Shown here piece by piece: positions 1 to 4,532 of a stretch of DNA of 4,532 nt; positions within the stretch are counted from its first letter, which is position 1, and each line of letters opens with the position of its first letter. Origin of the DNA: a virus (lineage: Duplodnaviria > Heunggongvirae > Uroviricota > Caudoviricetes); the IMG/VR virus record IMGVR_UViG_2711768008_000012. The stretch is one strand, 5' to 3'. The translations under genes were made by a program, and so were the position numbers. A model generated the notes under the pieces. It was not told where the DNA came from and did not search any database. It worked only from the letters and a program-made list of their open reading frames with translations.

Positions 1-60
1 CTCTCGTCTGGGGAATATCTCCCCGGCAGCCTTCAGGGAAAAATATCATCAGATGGCTGC

Positions 61-414
61 TTAAAAAAAGAACAAATGGTAGTGTCCGCTATTGCCAGTA
101 CACCTCAATTGCTCTGCGGCTTCGCTCAGAGCTGGCGTATGTTCCCGGCCTACTGATTCACACAGGTAATCAACGAAACCGGACACCAGTTTTCGTTCGC
201 GAGGCGTGATCGCCCCACCGACCGGAGTCCAGTAATCGAAACCCAGTTGCAGGAGTTTGAAAAAACGCTTGTGGAATGCGTAGTTACACACACGCTTAAA
301 GTCTGCGTGTATCCACTCACCTATTTTGATTTGATGCAGAAAATCGCAACTCTCCGGCGTCGCCGGGAGAAGTAATCCGGAAGAGGTTTGTTTGACCAGT
401 TGTATATGTGCCAT
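61..414 (-). CDS. hypothetical prophage protein, about 117 aa from the ATG at 414 (ORF-track frame extends to 456)
   Basis: Open minus-strand frame 61..456. The ORF-track start at 456 is actually TTG (plus 454-456 caa) overlapping the upstream stop and gives an odd Cys-rich N-terminus (MNSCCVTPCH). The first ATG is at 414..412 with GGAG 7 nt upstream (plus 423-426 ctcc). No family recognised from sequence alone. Confidence 0.5.
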   Translation of the reverse strand: MAHIQLVKQTSSGLLLPATPESCDFLHQIKIGEWIHADFKRVCNYAFHKRFFKLLQLGFDYWTPVGGAITPRERKLVSGFVDYLCESVGREHTPALSEAAEQLRCTGNSGHYHLFFF

Positions 415-452
415 CGGCTTTCTCCGGTGGCACGGTGTTACACAGCAGGAGT

Positions 453-740
453 TCAATCCTGCTCAAGATTGTAGATGAGTTTATTCTTCAGCAAAAGCAG
501 AAAACCAGCCTTAAAACCAATCTCTTTCAAAACCCGTAATGATGTGACAAATTCGTCCTCACGCAAAATAAAACCGTCCGTCAGAAGTCCATTACAAAAA
601 TAAAATAACACAGCACCGCTCTTCCTTTGTTGAGATTGCAAACATCTAATGCGGCAATGGCTGACAATCGCTCCATTCTCAACGCGCACAGCATAGAGGC
701 CATTTTCACTAAAAATTTCACGCAATTCTTCGATTTTCAT
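453..740 (-). CDS. hypothetical small prophage protein (95 aa)
   Basis: ATG at 740..738 preceded by GGAAGGA about 8 nt upstream; TGA stop at 455..453. A sigma70-like promoter lies upstream (822..849). No recognisable family. Confidence 0.5.
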   Translation of the reverse strand: MKIEELREIFSENGLYAVRVENGAIVSHCRIRCLQSQQRKSGAVLFYFCNGLLTDGFILREDEFVTSLRVLKEIGFKAGFLLLLKNKLIYNLEQD

Positions 741-821
741 CTTCAGAATCCTTCCAGATAAATAGCTCTCCCCTGTTCGGGGTCCATCCCTCTTCTCCCT
801 GCGCGCTACTTAAGTGAGTCG

Positions 822-849
822 ATTCTATCTGCGAAGGTGCGCGAATCAA
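822..849 (-). promoter_or_regulatory. putative sigma70 promoter for the 453..740 gene
   Basis: Minus-strand TTGATT (849..844), 16-nt spacer, TAGAAT (827..822). It sits just past the hok terminator and about 80 nt upstream of the ATG at 740. Confidence 0.35.
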
Positions 850-861
850 ATTCACCGGAAA

Positions 862-912
862 TAAACAACAAAAAACCCGCCGAAACGCTGAGAGATCACA
901 GCGATGGGCGGG
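862..912 (-). terminator. Rho-independent terminator ending the hok transcript
   Basis: Minus-strand RNA forms a GC stem CCCGCC/GGCGGG (plus 876-881 with 906-911) enclosing an inner CGCTG/CAGCG helix, followed directly by UUUUUUGUUGUUUAUUU (plus 870-875 A6 and flanking). The plus orientation lacks a U-tract, so it is unidirectional. Confidence 0.6.
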
Positions 913-916
913 TTAA

Positions 917-933
917 GTGCGGGTGCGTTGAGG
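917..933 (-). promoter_or_regulatory. hok mRNA 3' fold-back (fbi-like) element
   Basis: Plus gtgcgggtgcgttgagg is the near-perfect reverse complement of plus 1304-1319 (cctcaagcacccgcag). On the minus-strand transcript this gives 15 bp of 5'-3' pairing with one bulged C. Confidence 0.45.
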
Positions 934-989
934 ATGCCTGACACATCAGAGGTGGGCGGGGATGGGATCAGCTCCCCGCCCGGTCACTC

Positions 990-1145
990 TTACTTCCTGG
1001 ATTCGTAGTCTACGAAGACAGCGACCTCCGTCTGGCCGGTTCGGATTCGTACCTCACAGAGGTCTTTCCTCGTTACCAGTGCCGTCACTATGACGGTTAA
1101 ACAGATGACGATCAGGGCGATTAACATCGCCTTTTGCTGCTTCAT
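990..1145 (-). CDS. hokD: Hok/Gef-family type I toxin (51 aa), hokD/relF-like
   Basis: Translation MKQQKAMLIALIVICLTVIVTALVTRKDLCEVRIRTGQTEVAVFVDYESRK matches my recollection of E. coli HokD/HokC over the first ~44 residues (single TM helix, conserved RKDLCEV and TEVAVF). ATG at 1145..1143 with AAGGAG 9 nt upstream; TAA stop at 992..990. The 70-aa ORF in the track is an in-frame 5' extension from the ATG at 1202. Confidence 0.85.
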   Translation of the reverse strand: MKQQKAMLIALIVICLTVIVTALVTRKDLCEVRIRTGQTEVAVFVDYESRK

Positions 1146-1303
1146 AGCCTGCTTCTCCTTGCCTTTCGGCATGTAAGAGGCTAACCTACATGTGCAAAGC
1201 ATGAAATTGGCCTCAGATTAATGTTAAGCGTCTTGCCGGACGCGTAATGTTAACTGGGGCTTTTCTCTATCTGCCTTTTGGTGTTCATGCCTGAAGCAGA
1301 TAG

Positions 1304-1319
1304 CCTCAAGCACCCGCAG
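1304..1319 (-). promoter_or_regulatory. hok mRNA 5' element (tac-like) complementary to the 3' end
   Basis: Lies immediately downstream of the predicted transcription start and pairs with 917-933 (see that feature). Confidence 0.45.
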
Positions 1320-1321
1320 TC

Positions 1322-1351
1322 ATTCTACTTACCTCGCCAATATGAAATCAA
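1322..1351 (-). promoter_or_regulatory. putative sigma70 promoter of the hok transcript
   Basis: Minus-strand TTGATT (1351..1346), 18-nt spacer, TAGAAT (1327..1322). Predicted start near 1315, about 170 nt upstream of the hok ATG, giving an mRNA of about 450 nt ending at the terminator at 862-912. Confidence 0.4.
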
Positions 1352-1372
1352 TCAGAAAGGTGCCCCATAAAA

Positions 1373-2059
1373 TCACTCCTTCTCTTCTTTACCGTAGTGG
1401 AGTTGACCAATTTTGATAAGAGGGCGTCCCTGAGATTTGCGGTGTAGATTGGTATCGCGCAGAGAATACACACAGCCACAATATTCCTGCTGATAGAATT
1501 TTTCGCGCTTGCTGATTTCAATCATACGGGACGAGCCGCCCTGCTTGCGCCAGTTATAATCCCAGTACACCATGCCCGGATAATGCGCGACGGCTCGCCG
1601 CCCACAGTCGTTAACCTGCTGCATATTTTTCCAGCGTGAAATGCCCAGTGAACTGCTGATCACACTGAAACCATTTTCAGCGGCGTACAGCGCTGTCCGC
1701 TCAAAACGCATGTCAAAACACATGGTGCAACGGATCCCTCGTTCGGGCTCCCATTCCATTCCTTTGGCTCGTTCAAACCAGTTGTCTGTGTCGTAATCAG
1801 CATCAATAAACGGCACGCCGTGTTGTTCAGCAAAGCGAATATTCTCATCCTTACGAATTAAATACTCTTTCTGAGGATGAATGTTCGGGTTGTAGAAAAA
1901 GATGGTGTAGTCGATTCCCGAGGCCTGAAGCGCCTCCATCACCTCACCGGAACATGGAGCACAGCAAGAGTGCAGTAGTAGTTTGTTTGCCCCGTTTGGG
2001 AGCTCCAATTTGGGCCGTTTGAAATCAGCAACTGTCATAAATATGTTTATTGGGGTCAT
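1373..2059 (-). CDS. queH: DUF208 / QueH-like protein (epoxyqueuosine reductase family), 228 aa
   Basis: Contains the motifs I associate with QueH/DUF208: [11 protein letters not shown] near the N-terminus, [23 protein letters not shown], and [11 protein letters not shown] near the C-terminus. ATG at 2059..2057 has no obvious Shine-Dalgarno; an internal ATG at residue 8 is an alternative start. Confidence 0.75.
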   Translation of the reverse strand: MTPINIFMTVADFKRPKLELPNGANKLLLHSCCAPCSGEVMEALQASGIDYTIFFYNPNIHPQKEYLIRKDENIRFAEQHGVPFIDADYDTDNWFERAKGMEWEPERGIRCTMCFDMRFERTALYAAENGFSVISSSLGISRWKNMQQVNDCGRRAVAHYPGMVYWDYNWRKQGGSSRMIEISKREKFYQQEYCGCVYSLRDTNLHRKSQGRPLIKIGQLHYGKEEKE

Positions 2060-2206
2060 AAAAATATCAAAGAGTGTAGCATTAGAACGGGGCTATCGGA
2101 AACAGATGTGTGACTGCTCCCCGCCCTTTCGGGTGGTCTCCTGATGATTTGAGGGTGCAGAAATCCCTCCGGTTAAGGATTAAATTTTTAACAGTGCTAA
2201 ATTTAA

Positions 2207-2620
2207 TTATTCAGTTCTGGATTTTGTCGCCCTGCGTATCCGCGCTTTCGCGTTACGCTCAATCTGTATCAGCTTTTCTATATTTCTCCGCCTTTCCTGT
2301 TCCTCCTGGCGCAATAGCCTTACATCATCTGCCAGTCTGGTTTCTCTTTTTGCCACAGAGAGCATCCAGTCAAACGGCTCCACAACCGCACCGCAGATTT
2401 TACAGCGGACCTGACGCTCTTTTTCGTCAACCCGTACAGAGGCGTGATGGCAATATGGTCTTTCCGATGGCTCATAAAGAAAATTAACCTGATTACGAGG
2501 GTCATCCTCTTTTACCGGAAATAAAACGATATTGCTTAACTCATCTTCTGGTTTTATTTCCATGCTCCTCTCCTTTGATGCGAATGCCAGCGGTAATTGA
2601 AGCCTGATAGCTAATTTCAT
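2207..2620 (-). CDS. hypothetical Zn-ribbon-like / basic coiled-coil protein (137 aa, or 118 aa from the ATG at 2563)
   Basis: ATG at 2620 abuts the stop of the upstream gene (TGAATG), with AGGAGG 11 nt upstream. The internal ATG at 2563 has a better-spaced GGAGAGGAG site. Protein has an acidic N-terminus, a CHH-x13-CxxC cluster (YCHHASVRVDEKERQVRCKICG) and an Arg/Glu-rich helical C-terminus. No family recognised. Confidence 0.55.
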   Translation of the reverse strand: MKLAIRLQLPLAFASKERSMEIKPEDELSNIVLFPVKEDDPRNQVNFLYEPSERPYCHHASVRVDEKERQVRCKICGAVVEPFDWMLSVAKRETRLADDVRLLRQEEQERRRNIEKLIQIERNAKARIRRATKSRTE

Positions 2621-3043
2621 TCACAGTATCGCCTCCTGAAAATTACCCTGATAGAAAGCCAGTACACGCTGCATAGCTTCGCTCTTCCGGCACTCGCGAC
2701 AGATTATATTCAGGCGCCTGTCGTAGCGGCGTATTTCTCCGTCAGGTAATGACCAGATAAGGTCCGGATCAACAACAACCGGTTTCCTCACCTTTACTCT
2801 CGAGAGTTTTTTGCGGGCGCTTTGCCAGTCCTTGCGAGCCTGTTCAGACGGGAATAAGCCGTAGCCAGAATTATATACATCACCACTTGCGACCAGTTCT
2901 ATGCATAAGCGACCGACAGACGCACGACTGATACCTGTTTCATCTGACAACTGCCGAATCGTGACCCGACCGTCCTGATGCACGAGTTCCACAATTCGCG
3001 TCTTCAGTTCTTCCCGCTGTTCGGGAGTAAAAGGTTTCGCCAT
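2621..3043 (-). CDS. Ren-like protein (lambda Ren family), 140 aa
   Basis: C-terminal ICRECRKSEAMQRVLAFYQ resembles the lambda Ren C-terminus as I remember it (KECRQSAAMKRVLAVYG), and the N-terminal half looks like a winged-helix/HTH segment. Sits directly downstream of the helicase-loader gene as ren does after P in lambda. AGGAGG 5 nt upstream of the ATG at 3043. Confidence 0.55.
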   Translation of the reverse strand: MAKPFTPEQREELKTRIVELVHQDGRVTIRQLSDETGISRASVGRLCIELVASGDVYNSGYGLFPSEQARKDWQSARKKLSRVKVRKPVVVDPDLIWSLPDGEIRRYDRRLNIICRECRKSEAMQRVLAFYQGNFQEAIL

Positions 3044-3057
3044 AAATCCTCCTGAAA

Positions 3058-3744
3058 CTACTTAACAACCCTCGAATGGCTAACATTCGGACGCCAGCTC
3101 TCCCAGTTAAAATTCACCCAGCGCCCGCCGTNNNNNNNNNNNNNNNNNNNNNNNNNNNNNNNNNNNNNNNNNNNNNNNNNNNNNNNNNNNNNNNNNNNNN
3201 NNNNNNNNNNNNNNNNNNNNNNNNNNNNNNNNNNNNNNNNNNNNNNNNNNNNNNNNNNNNNNNNNNNNNNNNNNNNNNNNNNNNNNNNNNNNNNNNNNNN
3301 NNNNNNNNNNNNNNNNNNNNNNNNNNNNNNNNNNNNNNNNNNNNNNNNNNNNNNNNNNNNNNNNNNNNNNNNNNNNNNNNNGATAGCTGCCGCTAAGTGA
3401 TTCTTCCCGGTACCAGGTTTTCCGCTGAACGCAAAATTTGTACACCCGGTCATCAGTTCATCGGCGATGGATTTCGCCTGGCTTAACGCGTATCGCTGGC
3501 CGTCGTTCTGCACCTGGTAATTCGCAAACGAGCATTTACGGTGCAACGGCTGGATGCCTGAGCGATTCAGAATTTTTTCCACCCGCAACTGGCGATTCAG
3601 GCGGTTGATCTCCTCGCTACGTTTCTGGCCTTCAGCAAGTTGCCACTCGCGCCACTCCGCTACCGTTCTGAATGGGGCGGTTACATGTGGCGGGGTCAGT
3701 CGGCGGATGCGTTCCAGAACGCCGCCTGTCGCAATATTTTTCAT
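3058..3744 (-). CDS. dnaC: DnaC-like replicative helicase loader (AAA+ ATPase), interrupted by the N-run
   Basis: The N-terminal 121 residues align closely with E. coli DnaC as I recall it, up to the Walker A motif (NRSGIQPLHRKCSFANY...FSGKPGTGKNHLAAAI). The C-terminal tail after the gap (RWVNFNWESWRPNVSHSRV) matches the DnaC C-terminus (LWVIFNWDSYRSRV). The central ~84 codons are N (3132-3381). The ATG at 3744 is 6 nt downstream of the upstream gene stop. Confidence 0.85.
   Translation of the reverse strand: MKNIATGGVLERIRRLTPPHVTAPFRTVAEWREWQLAEGQKRSEEINRLNRQLRVEKILNRSGIQPLHRKCSFANYQVQNDGQRYALSQAKSIADELMTGCTNFAFSGKPGTGKNHLAAAIXXXXXXXXXXXXXXXXXXXXXXXXXXXXXXXXXXXXXXXXXXXXXXXXXXXXXXXXXXXXXXXXXXXXXXXXXXXXXXXXXXXXGGRWVNFNWESWRPNVSHSRVVK
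3132..3381. other. 250-nt run of N (assembly gap or masked sequence)
   Basis: Directly visible in the sequence; it lies inside the DnaC-like CDS and its content cannot be assessed. Confidence 0.99.
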
Positions 3745-3750
3745 GGTCCG

Positions 3751-4427
3751 TTACCCCCTGAAGCCTGGCGGGATCGCACTGTCCGGCAACGAGACGGTGT
3801 TAACCTGTCGGAGCAACGTCTCAGGCCGAACACCTTTCGGCGCGAACAGGCCCTGGTATTCATTGGCGATGCTGTGTCGAATCACCTGCTCAGGTGTAAA
3901 ACCCTGCTGACGGAATTTTTCCAGTTCCCGTATCGCCCCGTTAGCGCCCTGCTCCGTTCGAATCGGTTTTCGCAATGCCTGTCTGAACCGGACCCACTCA
4001 TGCCAGAGTGTTTCCGGCAACCAATCGGGCAGCTCAATAGCCTCCGGCTCGAATTTTTTAGACGCTCGTTTTTGGCGAGGGGGAGATCAGTATTTAGATC
4101 TTCCTCTTCCTCTTCCTCTGGTAACGCTTTTTGATCCGTTTGTGTAACGCTGGCAGCGTTACCTTTTCGTTTCAGTTCGCGTATTTTTGTTACTCGCTCG
4201 TTTGTAACCGCCCGTTTTTTTTAGAGCTTTTTCCGTTATGACGTTCAAAGTTAGGTAGAGAAAGCCCTCCGTCATTTTCGACCAGCCATCCAACCTGAAT
4301 TAACGCATCAGCAAAACCAGACATAAAAGTGATGCGATCTATTGCACTTTTTGTAACGCCGCGAGCGTTACAATCTGCATTACCGTCTATCATTTGTTGA
4401 TCCGCCCATGCCCAGAAGCGAATAACC
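3751..4427 (-). pseudogene. phage replication-initiator gene with DnaT-like C-terminal domain; 5'-truncated by the IS and frame-disrupted
   Basis: The C-terminal segment (frame of ORF 3751..4020) ends ...VNTVSLPDSAIPPGFRG, matching the E. coli DnaT C-terminus as I recall it (...NTVSEPDSQIPPGFRG). The N-terminal segment (ORF 4190..4453) is in a different frame. An intermediate frame encodes a plausible acidic linker (…ALPEEEEEEDLNTDLPLAKNERL…). The apparent start at 4453 is a GTG inside the IS terminus, so the true 5' end is missing. Confidence 0.6.
4099..4119 (-). repeat. (GAGGAA)3 hexanucleotide repeat encoding a poly-Glu stretch
   Basis: Plus-strand tcttcctcttcctcttcctct; on the minus strand GAG GAA x3 in the linker frame of the replication pseudogene. 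Confidence 0.8.
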
Positions 4428-4532
4428 TGAGGTAGCCTGAGTTTAACGGACACTCCTTCCTGAAATAGAATGGCATCAGAAGGAGCTAATAATGAGCAGA
4501 AAAACCCAACGTTACTCTAAAGAGTTCAAAGC
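4428..4532 (+). mobile_element. left end of an IS3-family insertion sequence (IS600-like), continuing past the window
   Basis: Starts with TGAGGTAGCCTGAGTTTAACGGACAC, i.e. a TG terminus and a GGACAC motif about 20 nt in, as in IS3-family inverted repeats. About 64 nt later comes AGGAG then ATG at 4492 encoding MSRKTQRYSKEFK, a typical IS3-family OrfA N-terminus (compare the IS911 KRNFSAEFK pattern). Confidence 0.65.
4492..4532 (+). CDS. IS3-family transposase OrfA, N-terminal fragment (runs off the window)
   Basis: ATG at 4492 with AGGAG 7-8 nt upstream; translation MSRKTQRYSKEFK. Confidence 0.6.
   Translation, partial: MSRKTQRYSKEFK

Noticed and set aside
9-27. GGGGA/TCCCC hairpin near the left edge as a terminator
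   Set aside because: Short stem with no U-tract in either orientation.
453-456. Translational coupling of the 95-aa and following ORF through an ATGA overlap
   Set aside because: The overlapping start is TTG, not ATG; the ATG at 414 with a well-spaced GGAG is the more plausible start.
990-1202. 70-aa ORF as the hok product
   Set aside because: The conserved 51-aa Hok begins at the ATG at 1145 with a good Shine-Dalgarno; the upstream in-frame ATGs belong to the leader and may play a mok-like regulatory role.
1660-1848. Minus-strand 62-aa ORF
   Set aside because: Sits entirely inside the QueH-like CDS in another frame; an alternative-frame artefact.
2110-2487. Plus-strand ORF of 125 aa
   Set aside because: Lies antisense across the Zn-ribbon gene and the spacer, has no ribosome-binding site and a low-complexity Pro/Ser/Leu-rich translation; the minus-strand gene explains the open frame better.
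2320-2505. Minus-strand 61-aa ORF
   Set aside because: Nested in an alternative frame within the Zn-ribbon gene; no independent support.
3076-3445. ORFs 3076..3396 (+) and 3107..3445 (-) consisting mostly of X residues
   Set aside because: They exist only because the 250-nt N-run contains no stop codons.
3554-4134. Plus-strand ORFs 3554..3910 and 3640..4134
   Set aside because: Antisense to the DnaC-like and DnaT-like coding sequences; Arg/Ser-rich translations typical of the reverse strand of a real gene; no start context.
4190-4453. 87-aa ORF taken as a complete gene starting at 4453
   Set aside because: The start is a GTG inside the IS terminus and the stop arises from a frame break; this is the N-proximal fragment of the replication pseudogene, not an intact gene.
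1-4532. CRISPR array, tRNA or rRNA genes
   Set aside because: No regularly spaced direct repeats and no tRNA- or rRNA-like sequence were seen in either strand.

Overview
This window reads as a degraded lambdoid-type prophage segment from an enterobacterial (E. coli/Shigella-like) draft assembly, with all prophage genes on the minus strand. From high to low coordinates: the left end of an IS3-family insertion sequence (4428-4532, + strand) cuts into a replication-initiator gene whose C-terminus is DnaT-like (3751-4427) and which also carries two frame breaks at homopolymer runs. Downstream are a DnaC-like helicase loader (3058-3744) interrupted by a 250-nt N-run, a lambda Ren-like gene (2621-3043), a small Zn-ribbon/coiled-coil protein (2207-2620), a QueH/DUF208-like Fe-S enzyme (1373-2059), and a hokD-like type I toxin (990-1145) with promoter, complementary mRNA ends and an intrinsic terminator. 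Two further small genes of unknown function (61-740) follow under their own promoter. No rRNA, tRNA or CRISPR array was seen. The most unusual content is the QueH-like gene plus Zn-ribbon protein sitting between the replication module and the hok locus. All family assignments are from remembered motifs and sequences, not from a database search.
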